Shown: piece by piece, positions 23,046 through 31,962 of the stretch
Numbering within the stretch: the stretch's first letter is position 1
How the letters are laid out: each line of letters starts with the position of its first letter
NCBI GenBank assembly: GCA_963762825.1
Contig: CAVXLZ010000001.1
Coordinates: 724,541 to 788,540 of the forward strand
DNA: 64,000 nucleotides
Reading direction: 5' to 3'
Origin: an uncultured Thermoleophilia bacterium
GTDB lineage: Bacteria > Actinomycetota > Thermoleophilia > Miltoncostaeales > Miltoncostaeaceae
Program-made: the position numbers and the translations under genes
Notes under the pieces: model-generated
What the model was told of the DNA's origin: nothing
The model's input: the letters and a program-made list of their open reading frames with translations, nothing else
Database searches by the model: none

Positions 23046-24707
23046 ATGCCTGATCCTCGGAGAGCCATCGCTGGCATGGAGGGCCCTGGGAACGAACAGG
23101 CCCGCCTGGTCAGCCTGCGGGACCTCGAGATCCTCGATACCCCGGCGGAGGAGCGGTTCGACCAGATCACCCGACTCGCCGCTCAGATCTTCGACGTCCC
23201 GATTGCCCTCATCAGCCTGGTTGACGAAGACCGGCAGTGGTTCAAGTCACGCGTGGGGCTCGATGTCTGCGAGACGAGCAGGGAGGTCTCGTTCTGCAGT
23301 CATGCGATCCTCCGTCGCGAGCCGATGGTCGTGCCGAATGCACTCCACGACGAGAGGTTCGCGCGCAACCCGCTCGTCGTGGATGCCCCCGCAATCCGGT
23401 TCTACGCCGGGGTTCCGCTCACTCATTCGAACGGCCACGCTCTCGGGACGCTCTGCATCATCGACGTGCGTCCGCGCACGCTCGATGGCGCCCAGCTGGA
23501 ACTCCTGCGGACCCTCGCGGACATCGCGGAGCGCGAGGTCCGCACGATCAGCGCCGAGCAGGCGACGCAACGTCTTCGCGAGAGCGAGGATCTCTATCGG
23601 TCCGTGATCGCCGCGGTGGAGGAGGGTGTCATCGTGCGCGGCGAGGATGGGTCGATCGTCGCCTGCAACGCCAGCGCAGAACGGATTCTCGGGCTGCCCG
23701 CCAAGCACATCCTCGGGCGGACATCGCTCGATCCGCCACGGCGCGCGGTGGATGCCGCCGGCGCGCCGATCAGCGACGCCGACCACCCGGCGGCCGTCGT
23801 TCTCCGAACGGGAAAGGCCAGCTCGGGGGTGATTCTTGGCATTGATCGACCCGGCGCGGAGGTGACGTGGATCAGCGTGAACGCGCAGCCCCTGATCCGG
23901 GACGGCGAGTCGCGGCCATACGCCGTTGTCGCCTCCTTCTCGGACGTCACCGAGCTGCGGGCTGTCCAACAGATGAAGGACGAGTTCGTCTCGGTGGTGA
24001 GCCACGAACTCCGGACGCCATTGGCCTCCATCCGGGGCGCCCTTCACCTGATCACGGAGGGTGATCTTGGCGAGCTTTCGGCCAGGTTGCGCAGGATGGT
24101 GGAGATCGCCGCCTCGAACGCCGATCGTCTGAGCTGTCTGATCAACGACATCCTGGACGCGGAACGGCTGAAGTCGGGCAAGACGAGTATCGATGTGCGG
24201 GAGGTTGACACCGCCGCACTCATGGGACATGTGATCGACGAGCTGCAGCCACTCGCGGACCGCGTCCCGGTGACCCTGCACCTGACGTCCTGCGTCAAGC
24301 GTGCGCTGATCGACCCCGATCGCATCGCTCAGACGCTGACGAACCTGATCGGTAACGCGATCAAGTTCTCGCCCCCCGGGGGATCCGTCCACGTCTCGGT
24401 GATGAGAGAGGGGGATGACACCGTCTTCCGTGTCGTTGACGAAGGTCGCGGCATTTCGGCGGGGGAGGTCGAGTCGATCTTCGAGCGCTTCCATCAGGTC
24501 AGGCTCTCGGACGCGCTGGAGCAGGGCGGCACGGGGCTCGGGCTCGCGATCTGCCGCGGCATCGTCGAGCAGCACGGAGGGCGCATCTGGGTGGAGAGCG
24601 TCGTGGGGGAGGGCTCCACCTTCGTCTTCACGGTCCCGCAGCAAGCCCGTGCCGGCTCGGAGCTGCAGTATGTCGCGATCGCGGGCGCACGGTCCCCTCG
24701 GGGGTGA
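23046..24707 (+). CDS. Cytoplasmic GAF-PAS sensor histidine kinase (no adjacent response regulator)
   Basis: GAF (EERFDQIT...FCSHAI...IRFYAGVPL), PAS, SHELRTPL, NAIKF, GGTGLGLAI. Confidence 0.93.
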   Translation: MPDPRRAIAGMEGPGNEQARLVSLRDLEILDTPAEERFDQITRLAAQIFDVPIALISLVDEDRQWFKSRVGLDVCETSREVSFCSHAILRREPMVVPNALHDERFARNPLVVDAPAIRFYAGVPLTHSNGHALGTLCIIDVRPRTLDGAQLELLRTLADIAEREVRTISAEQATQRLRESEDLYRSVIAAVEEGVIVRGEDGSIVACNASAERILGLPAKHILGRTSLDPPRRAVDAAGAPISDADHPAAVVLRTGKASSGVILGIDRPGAEVTWISVNAQPLIRDGESRPYAVVASFSDVTELRAVQQMKDEFVSVVSHELRTPLASIRGALHLITEGDLGELSARLRRMVEIAASNADRLSCLINDILDAERLKSGKTSIDVREVDTAALMGHVIDELQPLADRVPVTLHLTSCVKRALIDPDRIAQTLTNLIGNAIKFSPPGGSVHVSVMREGDDTVFRVVDEGRGISAGEVESIFERFHQVRLSDALEQGGTGLGLAICRGIVEQHGGRIWVESVVGEGSTFVFTVPQQARAGSELQYVAIAGARSPRG

Positions 24708-24729
24708 CGTTGAAAGACCGAGGCCCCTG

Positions 24730-24900
24730 TGGGGGCGCACGGGGCGTGACCAGGCAGGTGATCTCCCGGTCCAGGGCGGCGATGTCCTCGCTCAAGGTGC
24801 CGATGCGCTCCAGCATCTCGCGGGCCAGGCGGGCTCTCGGCAGCTCCGGCTCCGGAAGCGCGGCTCGGGCCACGGCCATCGCATCGACCGTGTCCGGCAT
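24730..24900 (-). mobile_element. IS110-family transposase relic, internally deleted
   Basis: DTVDAMAVARAALPEPELP resembles the KSDxxDAxAVARA motif and is joined directly to a later helical segment (ARLAREMLERIG...LDREIT). Confidence 0.6.
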
Positions 24901-25028
24901 TTCTCGTTGTGGCGAGCTGAAGGACACCAGTGTCCCGATTCAGAGGCTCAGCGGCGCCAACTTCTGAACCAGGCCACCAAGACGGACGGGCCCGCACCGT
25001 CGCCGTGGTCGGTCCGCTGGCCGACGAC

Positions 25029-25071
25029 CTCGCCCCGGGGACGGCCGGGCCGGTGGGGAATGCGATCGGCC
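25029..25071. repeat. 43-bp direct repeat, copy 2
   Basis: ctcgccccggggacggCCgggccggtggggaatgcgatcggcc. Confidence 0.9.
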
Positions 25072-25142
25072 TGCACTGGCCCCGAGAACGGCGTGGCGCG
25101 ACGTTTCGGTCTGCCACTGACCGCGCGCTTCGATCCGCCTCC

Positions 25143-26768
25143 CTAACCGTTGCGGCGCGTGACCGTCATGGTCCCGGTGTGCGTGAAGCCGTCGCCGCCG
25201 TCCTGCAGGCCGCCCCCGATCGGCTGCTGCCCGCCCTCCGGCGGCAACTCGAAGGTCGTGGGATCGGGCCGGATCAGGGCGGGGCCCGGCTGGCCCGGTA
25301 TCGCCGGTGCGTCCGGGCAGACCACGGTGGCCGTCGTCCGGAGCCCGGCCGAGCCGCCTCCCCAGGTCACCGAGAGCCGGCCCGCCGGCGTCGCCTCGAC
25401 CGTGACGGTCCAGGTCCCCTCGGCGCTCACGGGGTTCCCGTAGGAGCAGGGCGGGATCAGCGATGCGAACGTCAGGTTCTGGTATTCGAGCGGTCCCGAC
25501 GCGGTGAACCTGGCGGGTGAGCCGCCGCCGGTGCTGGCGGGGGTGGCGATCAGCAACCCGCTGAGGGTGCCGGAGGCCGTATGGGTTGCGAAGACGGAGT
25601 CGGTGGTGAGCGCCAGGGTCACCTGATAGCTCGGCCCGCACTCGGCGGCCGCCTGCACGAGCTTCTGGCGCAGGCGGGCGACCTCCTCGGTCATCATCTT
25701 CTCGATCGTGTTCCGGAACGCCGCATCCGCGGCGCTCTGGGTTCCCTCGAAGCCGGAGGTGCGCGCGTTGCTCGAGATGCGGGCCCCCGAGATCTTGCCC
25801 GTCGCCGGGTTGACGGTGCCGGTCATCGTTCCCGTGGCGACCGCACGCGAGCGAGACTGGAAGAACGCCAGCGCCTGCGCGCTGCGGGAGTAGTCGAGGC
25901 TGGCGCTCACCGAGAAGGCGATCGGCTGCAGGCGCCCGTCGGCGCCGATCCCGGCCTGCGCACTCGACTTGATCTTCGGGGTGGTCGCCTCGCGCACCGT
26001 GCCGAGCTTGACGCGCGGGGTGTCGAAGCTCTCCTGGGAGCGCGCCGTGGCGTTGACGCCGCCGGTGACCCGAATCGGCCCGCTGCCGGTCGGGCACTTC
26101 GGGGTCTTGTCGCCCAGCACATCACGCAGGGCGATGCCCCGCGTCAGTCGGGATCCGGACGCTGCGGTGGCGGTCATGTCGAGGCCGACGTCGAGGGCGC
26201 CGGTGGGGCGCCCCGTCAGCGAGACCGCGACGTCCACGGTGCTGCCGCCGCCCGTCGCCGTCAAGGCGATCCTGCCTGTCGCAGAGCCGTCGGCGTTGCG
26301 GGTCAGGGTCTGACCGGTCACGGCGATCTCGTCGGACCGGGCATTCGAGGTCTGAGCGCGGGTCGCGCGCACACCTGTGGCGAGCGCCGACTCGACCGCC
26401 GCGAACCGCGTGCTCAGCTGCGCCGCGAGTCGCGGGGGGATGGTGCGCGGCACCGCCCCGCCGCCTCTACGTCGAAGGCCCGGGTTCGGGCGGGTCAGGC
26501 CATCGCGCAGCAGTGAGGCGGTGGGCGAGGGCGGGTTCGGGCGGGCGCGATACCGCGCCGCCGACACGCATGTCCGCGTGCGGTTCGCGGTGCGGGTGAC
26601 CGTGAGCTTCGGGCACTTCTTGACCGACACGCACGCCCGCGTGCCGTTGATCGCGCGCAGGACCTTGCCCTTCGGGCACTTCGTCACGGGCGCCGCCGAT
26701 GACGCACCCCCGAGGAGCGGCACCAGGAGCGCCGTCGCGCCGAGGACGACCAGCCATCGTGCTCGCAT
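25143..26768 (-). CDS. Secreted hypothetical protein
   Basis: Signal peptide MRARWLVVLGATALLVPLLGGASSA; duplicated KCPK...CVS motif; Thr/Gly beta-rich body. Confidence 0.7.
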   Translation of the reverse strand: MRARWLVVLGATALLVPLLGGASSAAPVTKCPKGKVLRAINGTRACVSVKKCPKLTVTRTANRTRTCVSAARYRARPNPPSPTASLLRDGLTRPNPGLRRRGGGAVPRTIPPRLAAQLSTRFAAVESALATGVRATRAQTSNARSDEIAVTGQTLTRNADGSATGRIALTATGGGSTVDVAVSLTGRPTGALDVGLDMTATAASGSRLTRGIALRDVLGDKTPKCPTGSGPIRVTGGVNATARSQESFDTPRVKLGTVREATTPKIKSSAQAGIGADGRLQPIAFSVSASLDYSRSAQALAFFQSRSRAVATGTMTGTVNPATGKISGARISSNARTSGFEGTQSAADAAFRNTIEKMMTEEVARLRQKLVQAAAECGPSYQVTLALTTDSVFATHTASGTLSGLLIATPASTGGGSPARFTASGPLEYQNLTFASLIPPCSYGNPVSAEGTWTVTVEATPAGRLSVTWGGGSAGLRTTATVVCPDAPAIPGQPGPALIRPDPTTFELPPEGGQQPIGGGLQDGGDGFTHTGTMTVTRRNG

Positions 26769-26986
26769 CCGCCGCCGCCCTCGCTCGTGGGCCCCCGGCT
26801 GCGGAGTGCGCCGACGAGGGTCTCCGCTGTCGCAGTCGGCGGACGATACACCCGGGGTGCTCCTGCAGGATAGGCCCGCCGACACTGCGCCCGGCTCGGG
26901 CGATCGGGCCGATGGCGAGCGCCGATCCGCCCGCAAGAGCCGATGGGCGCCGGACCCCGACGACGCCGCGTTGCCCGGTGCGGATC

Positions 26987-27022
26987 GCCTGGTCTGAGGC
27001 GATGGTCGCCGTCAGACCAGGC
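26987..27022 (-). terminator. GC-rich hairpin after mbnH
   Basis: gcctggtctga...tcagaccaggc inverted repeat; no U-tract. Confidence 0.45.
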
Positions 27023-27034
27023 CGCGTCATGTGT

Positions 27035-28195
27035 TCACCGGGACCGCCTGGCCCGGGCGAAAGGGTCCGAGAGCGCCGGGTCCTTCAGGAGGCGGCGGTC
27101 GGTGAGCGTCTTCAGGAAGGCGACCAGGTCGGCCCGTTCCCTCGGCCCGAGCGAGATGTTCTCGATCAGCGTGCTCTTGTGCGGGTTGAGCCGGCCGTCA
27201 CCGGCCTCGGGACCCTTCGTGATGTTGCGGCCTCCCGCCGCGTAGAACGCCACGACGGCCTTCAGGGTCCTGATGGAGCCGTCGTGCATGTACGGGCCCG
27301 TGACGGCGACGTTGCGCAGCGTCGGCGCGCGGAAGGCGCCCATGTCGGCGGCCCTGCCGGTGAGCTCGAACACGCCACGGTTGGGGGCGGGGAAATCGCC
27401 CGTGCCCCCGATGTTGAAGAGCCCTGTGTTGTGGAACGGCGTGTCGATCACCCGCTTGCCCGCATAGACCGTCTGGTCGTTGAGGTTGAAGCTCGTGTGG
27501 CAGTGGCTGCACTCGGCCCGCTCGCCGAAGAACAGGTTCTTGCCGCGGGTCTGGGACGCTGTGAGGCGCGCCTTGCCCGCGAGGTACCGGTCGTAGCGGC
27601 TGTCGCCGGAGATGATCGTGCGCTGGAAGGAGGAGACGGCCTTGATCACGTTCGTGAACGCGATCGGGTTCCGCCGTCCGGGGAACGCCTTCCTGAACAT
27701 CGTCCGGTACCGGGGAACGCGCTTCAGGCGCAGGAGCACCTTCTTCATGTTGCGATCGTTGAGGCCCATCTCCACCGGGCGATCGTTGAAGAGGGGCACC
27801 TCCATCTGCTTCTCGAGGGTGACCAGCGATGGGTTGGCCCACGTCAGCGTTGCGTTGTAGGCGACATTCGTCAGGGAGAGCGCGTTGCGCGGGTGGCTCT
27901 CGCCGGTCGAGCCGATCGAGCGCGCAAGGCCGTCGGTGAAGGCCTTGTCCTGCTGGTGGCAGCTGCCGCAGCTTTGGCGCCCGTTGCCCGACAGGCGCGT
28001 GTCGTAGAAGAGGTGGCGGCCGAGCGCGACCTTGGCGCGGGTCATCCGGTTCGATGCCGGGACCTTCGGGGTGGGGAAGCCGGCCGGCAGGTTCCAGGTC
28101 CAGCCCCTGGTCGCCGCCTGAGCGGGCTCTGCGGCGGGCCCGGCGCCGGCGAGCGCAAGGCCGAGCGCGGCGGCGATGACGGAGGCGGGCCTCAT
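27035..28195 (-). CDS. mbnH: MbnH-family di-heme cytochrome c peroxidase
   Basis: Signal peptide; WNLPAGFPTP, GRHLFYDTRLSGNGRQSCGSCH, CSHCH, FRAPTLRNVAVTGPYMHDGS; ATGA overlap with mbnP. Confidence 0.85.
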   Translation of the reverse strand: MRPASVIAAALGLALAGAGPAAEPAQAATRGWTWNLPAGFPTPKVPASNRMTRAKVALGRHLFYDTRLSGNGRQSCGSCHQQDKAFTDGLARSIGSTGESHPRNALSLTNVAYNATLTWANPSLVTLEKQMEVPLFNDRPVEMGLNDRNMKKVLLRLKRVPRYRTMFRKAFPGRRNPIAFTNVIKAVSSFQRTIISGDSRYDRYLAGKARLTASQTRGKNLFFGERAECSHCHTSFNLNDQTVYAGKRVIDTPFHNTGLFNIGGTGDFPAPNRGVFELTGRAADMGAFRAPTLRNVAVTGPYMHDGSIRTLKAVVAFYAAGGRNITKGPEAGDGRLNPHKSTLIENISLGPRERADLVAFLKTLTDRRLLKDPALSDPFARARRSR

Positions 28196-29130
28196 CGCGC
28201 GATGGCCCGGAAGACCCTCTGGCCCGAGCCGCCCGCGATCGCCTTTCCGCTCCCCGAGCCGTCCGCCTTCCAGCCGATCTTCATGGCACCGAAGACGGCC
28301 TGGCACTCGGGGTCCGTCGCCCCGGACATGCAGCCGGGCGCGCCGGCCCTGTTGACGGTGATGTCGTTGCCCGCCAGCAGCGCCTTCAGGTCGATGGCGA
28401 TCTTCTGCTTGGCCGGGTTGAACCTCGCGAGGCGGATCGCCATCCGGCTGGAGCCCGAGCACGAGGCGGTCGCTCCCGTGGCGGGGTTGCCGGTGCAACC
28501 GGTGCTGCCGAGGTGGACGTGGAAGGCCTTGGCCGCCCAGGCGCCCGGCGCGCCGCCCGGGTCCACCACCTCGATCTTCGCGAACTTGCGACCGGACTGC
28601 CACGACCAGTTCATGGCCGCGAGGTCGAGCGGCGCGGGGGCGGCGGTGATGTCGGTGTGGTTGAGCGGGAACGGCACGCCCATGTACATCCTCGCGCCCA
28701 CGTAGTTGCCCTTGGGCACGGTGCCGGTGATCGTCGCATGCACCTTGGCGTCGCCCTGGTTGCAGGAGCCCCTTCCGTTCTCGAGGTCGATCAGGCTGAC
28801 CCGGTTGCCGCCCCGCGTGAGGTCGTAGGCGGTGTTCCTGCGGAGCTTCATGGGCACCGAGGTGTGGTTCTTGCGGATCATGCGCACGTTGGAGATGTAG
28901 AAGCGCAGATCCTGGAGCGCGGCGGTGGTATCGCCCGTGCCCAGACCCGTGATCGGGGCCGCGCACGAGACCGGGGTGCTCCCGGCCACCGCGGCGAACT
29001 TCAGGGTGACCTTCATCCTGGGCTGGTGCCCGGCGTGAGCGGACGCTGTGACGGCGGTCGCGCATGCGGTGATGCCCGCGGCCGTCAGGACCGAGGCCGC
29101 GATGGCGGTGAAACGTCGGGATCGTTTCAT
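28192..29130 (-). CDS. mbnP: MbnP-family copper-binding protein
   Basis: Signal peptide; DLRFYISNV, LIDLENG, GVPFPLNH, MNWSWQSGRKF (WxW), HLGSTGC, GCMS...DPEC; SD AGGAGG. Confidence 0.85.
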   Translation of the reverse strand: MKRSRRFTAIAASVLTAAGITACATAVTASAHAGHQPRMKVTLKFAAVAGSTPVSCAAPITGLGTGDTTAALQDLRFYISNVRMIRKNHTSVPMKLRRNTAYDLTRGGNRVSLIDLENGRGSCNQGDAKVHATITGTVPKGNYVGARMYMGVPFPLNHTDITAAPAPLDLAAMNWSWQSGRKFAKIEVVDPGGAPGAWAAKAFHVHLGSTGCTGNPATGATASCSGSSRMAIRLARFNPAKQKIAIDLKALLAGNDITVNRAGAPGCMSGATDPECQAVFGAMKIGWKADGSGSGKAIAGGSGQRVFRAIAR

Positions 29131-29284
29131 GGGAATCCTCCTGGTCGCCGGCCCGTCGGGCCGGTGTGGGAGCGGTCCCGCCGCCCTCCCGATCGTCCGG
29201 GAACCGGCAGGCGGGGCCGCGCGAATGGCGATCGCGTGTCCCATCGGGCCGTCCAGGGGCGTGCGCGGTGAGGCGGAGCTCCGC

Positions 29285-29872
29285 CTAGTGCGAGAGCAGC
29301 GCCCGCGGGGGTCCGGCCAGATGGGGGCCGGCCGGGGGCGGGCCGCGCGAGGAGCGCGGGCCCCGGCGCCATTGCCGCGGAGCGACGACGAGGGTCCACA
29401 CCGGCTCACCCGTGGGCCGGGCCGAGGCGCGGGGCGGCTCGGCGCCGAGGATCGCGCGCACGATGGCGAGGGCCCGCACCAAGAGCCTTTGGCCGGCGCA
29501 GAGCGCCCAGAGCAGGATTCCTGCGACCGCGAGGTGGACCGCGACCGCGTCGGCGCTGATCAGCGCGGTGTCGTGGTGATGCGACCCGAGGCCGAGGGCC
29601 CACGGGGCAGTGTGGAGCAGCGCGTGCAGGGCCGCCTGGGCACCGAGCAGGGCGGCGAAGAGGGCCGGCGGGCTCCATGCACGAAAGGCGGCGACTCCCC
29701 GGAGGCCGGCTCCGGGGAGGATCGCGAGGGCGATCGCCGTGAGCCAGATGAGCGGTGCCGCCGGCAGGATCCGAACGTCACCGACGGTGACCAGGTGGCC
29801 GATCAGAGTCGCCGCCAGTGCCCCACCGGCGAGTGCGGCCCGGCGCAGCGCGCGTGCGATGACGGGGCTCAT
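29285..29872 (-). CDS. His-containing membrane protein with near-C-terminal RGPP motif
   Basis: About 4 TM helices with GH, QAALH, HHH loop and VHL; ends ...RRGPRSSRGPPPAG... Confidence 0.75.
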   Translation of the reverse strand: MSPVIARALRRAALAGGALAATLIGHLVTVGDVRILPAAPLIWLTAIALAILPGAGLRGVAAFRAWSPPALFAALLGAQAALHALLHTAPWALGLGSHHHDTALISADAVAVHLAVAGILLWALCAGQRLLVRALAIVRAILGAEPPRASARPTGEPVWTLVVAPRQWRRGPRSSRGPPPAGPHLAGPPRALLSH

Positions 29873-30016
29873 CCCCGGGAGGCTACCCGGGGGTCTCGAC
29901 GGGGGCTCGTGTCGAGCGGGGCAGGGGGCGGGTGCCGAACGTCCCTCGCCTCCGGAGCGCCGCCATCGGACGGTCGCCGCCGGCCGGTCGATGGCCGAAC
30001 GCATCGCGGTGCGCTC

Positions 30017-30202
30017 GTGATCGAGAGCGCGAACACCACCCTCGCCGCGCTTGCGGTGGTCGCCGAGATCGCCGCCGCGGCCGTGGCCTGCATCGTCGGC
30101 GCTCGCGCCTGGGCGTCGATGGTGCTGTCGCGGAGGCCGCTCGGGCGTCGGTTCGTGTGGGTCGCCTGGTCGGCGAGGAACCTTTGCTCCAGGGAGCATT
30201 GA
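30017..30202 (+). pseudogene. Possible N-terminal fragment of a membrane protein (DsbB-like)
   Basis: NTTLAALAVVAEIA...VWVAW followed by early stop; weak recall-based similarity only. Confidence 0.25.
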
Positions 30203-30265
30203 CGGGGGCGGGACGCGCTCCACCGCTCCGGACCACCTCGCGTTTGCCGGGTACGCTCGCGCGCC

Positions 30266-31606
30266 ATGGAGCGTCTCACCCGGTTCAATCTGTTCGTCGC
30301 CTTCGCCTTCACCGTGATGGCCGACCCGGTCTCCTCGGTCACCTACGCGGTGGAGGCGGCCCTCGAGGGCCTCGATGGGGATCCCACGCACCTCGTCCTC
30401 ACCATGGCGCTGGTCGTCGGCACGATCGCGGTGATCGCGGGCGGCTACCATCAGCTCATCGGTCGCTTCCCGAACGGCGGGGGCGGGGCGGAGGGCCTCG
30501 CCGCGGCGTTCGGTGAGGGTTGGGCGTTCCTGCCGGTCGGAGCCCTGATCGTCGACTTCACGCTCACTATCGCAGTCAGCTGCGCGGCTGGCGCGGCCGC
30601 CCTCATCGCCTACCTCCCCGGGCTCTCCTCGCATCGAACACTCCTGGCGCTCTCGCTGGCGATCTTCGTCGCGATCGGCTCCCTGTTCGGCCACCGGGGG
30701 CGGGTGGTCTTCGCCACCGCGACGCTGGTCTTCATCGCCCTGGCCGTTGTCCTGATCGTCCGGGGAGCGCTCCATCCGGCGGGTGCCGGCCCCCCGGTCA
30801 CTGCAAGTGGGGGTTCGGCCATCCTTCCGGTGCTGCTGGCCCTGCCCCTCGGCATGGCTCTTGCCACCGGCGTGGAGGCGCCCTCCAACGCCGTGGCGCA
30901 GTTGGGCCAGATCGAGGAGCGCGGACGGCGGCTGTTCGGCCAACTCACGCTCTGGGCGATGCTCGCCGTGGTGGGAGGTCTCACCATCGCCTTCGCGGCG
31001 CTCGACCTTCACTTGGGCATCGGCTCCCCGGCTCCCGACTCGACCCTCCTGGCCGACCTCGCCGAGGGCGTCACCGGCAGGGACCGGATGTTCGTGATGT
31101 TCCAGCTGGCCAGCGCCGCACTGCTGCTGGCCGCTGCGGCGTCGTCCTACCTGGCCGGCTCGGGGCTGTTGAAGGCCCTTGCTCGGCACGGCGCCGACGG
31201 CGGACTGCTGCCGCGGCCCCTGGCGCGGGAGAACGGCTTCTACGCGTCTCCCGTGGGTCTCGCCGTCCTCGCGACCGCCTCTGTGGGCCTGATCGTCGTC
31301 TCGGGCGGCCGCGATCAGGAGATCGTCCAGTACTACGCGGTCGCGGTGTTCGCGAGCTTCCTCGGGGCTCTCGTCGCCTGCGCGGTCCTCGCATGGCGCG
31401 ATCACCATTTCGGTGCCTTCGCCGTCGACGTGCTCGGGACAGTCCTGGTGGCGACGGTCCTGGCCCTCAACGTGCGTCGCGCCGGGCCTGTGATCTCGCT
31501 CACGGCGGCGGCGGCCATCTCGCTCGCCCTGTACGTCGCCTGGATCCGCCGGGGCCGGCCCTCGGGAGTGACGGCTCTCACGCGCGAGGGCGGGCCGTCC
31601 TCCTGA
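30266..31606 (+). CDS. APC-superfamily permease (KimA/YdaO-like)
   Basis: ADPVSSVTYAVE, FPNGGG, DFTLTIAVS, TGVEAPSNAV, YYAVAVF. Confidence 0.85.
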   Translation: MERLTRFNLFVAFAFTVMADPVSSVTYAVEAALEGLDGDPTHLVLTMALVVGTIAVIAGGYHQLIGRFPNGGGGAEGLAAAFGEGWAFLPVGALIVDFTLTIAVSCAAGAAALIAYLPGLSSHRTLLALSLAIFVAIGSLFGHRGRVVFATATLVFIALAVVLIVRGALHPAGAGPPVTASGGSAILPVLLALPLGMALATGVEAPSNAVAQLGQIEERGRRLFGQLTLWAMLAVVGGLTIAFAALDLHLGIGSPAPDSTLLADLAEGVTGRDRMFVMFQLASAALLLAAAASSYLAGSGLLKALARHGADGGLLPRPLARENGFYASPVGLAVLATASVGLIVVSGGRDQEIVQYYAVAVFASFLGALVACAVLAWRDHHFGAFAVDVLGTVLVATVLALNVRRAGPVISLTAAAAISLALYVAWIRRGRPSGVTALTREGGPSS

Positions 31607-31687
31607 GTCCTCTGGAGCCGCGCAGGCGGACGGCCTTACCCGTCTGTGCAGGCGCGGAGCGACGGCGCTCGGGAGAACGACGGAAGC

Positions 31688-31728
31688 GCGCGCGGCAGGA
31701 TTCGAACCTGCGACTTCTGGCTCCGGAG
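31688..31728 (-). repeat. att site: 41-bp duplication of the tRNA-Arg 3' half
   Basis: Identical to 34843-34883 (gcgcgcggcaggattcgaacctgcgacttctggctccggag). Confidence 0.95.
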
Positions 31729-31962
31729 CGGATCCGGGAGGGGGCGATCAAGAGTGCCGAGAGGTTCAAGAGCACCTGCTCAGGACCCCTTCCGCGTCGC
31801 GTCGGTCGGGGCGTATCACTCCCGTCTTTCGGCAGTCGTTCCCACATGGTTCCCGCGGTGACGGGGAACACGAGCCGCTGGGCTGAGCGCGGCGTGAGCG
31901 GCACCGTCGCCATCTCGAGCGATCCGCGAGATGGCGTGGCGAGGCAAGCATGGTGGCGGCTG

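Noticed and set aside
26770-26985. Riboswitch upstream of the secreted protein
   Set aside because: GC-rich stems are present but no recognisable aptamer consensus
27035-29130. Methanobactin or other RiPP biosynthetic cluster
   Set aside because: No precursor peptide, mbnB/mbnC or exporter in the window
31688-31728. Second tRNA gene
   Set aside because: Only the 3' half is present, with no D-arm or 5' acceptor strand; it is an att site
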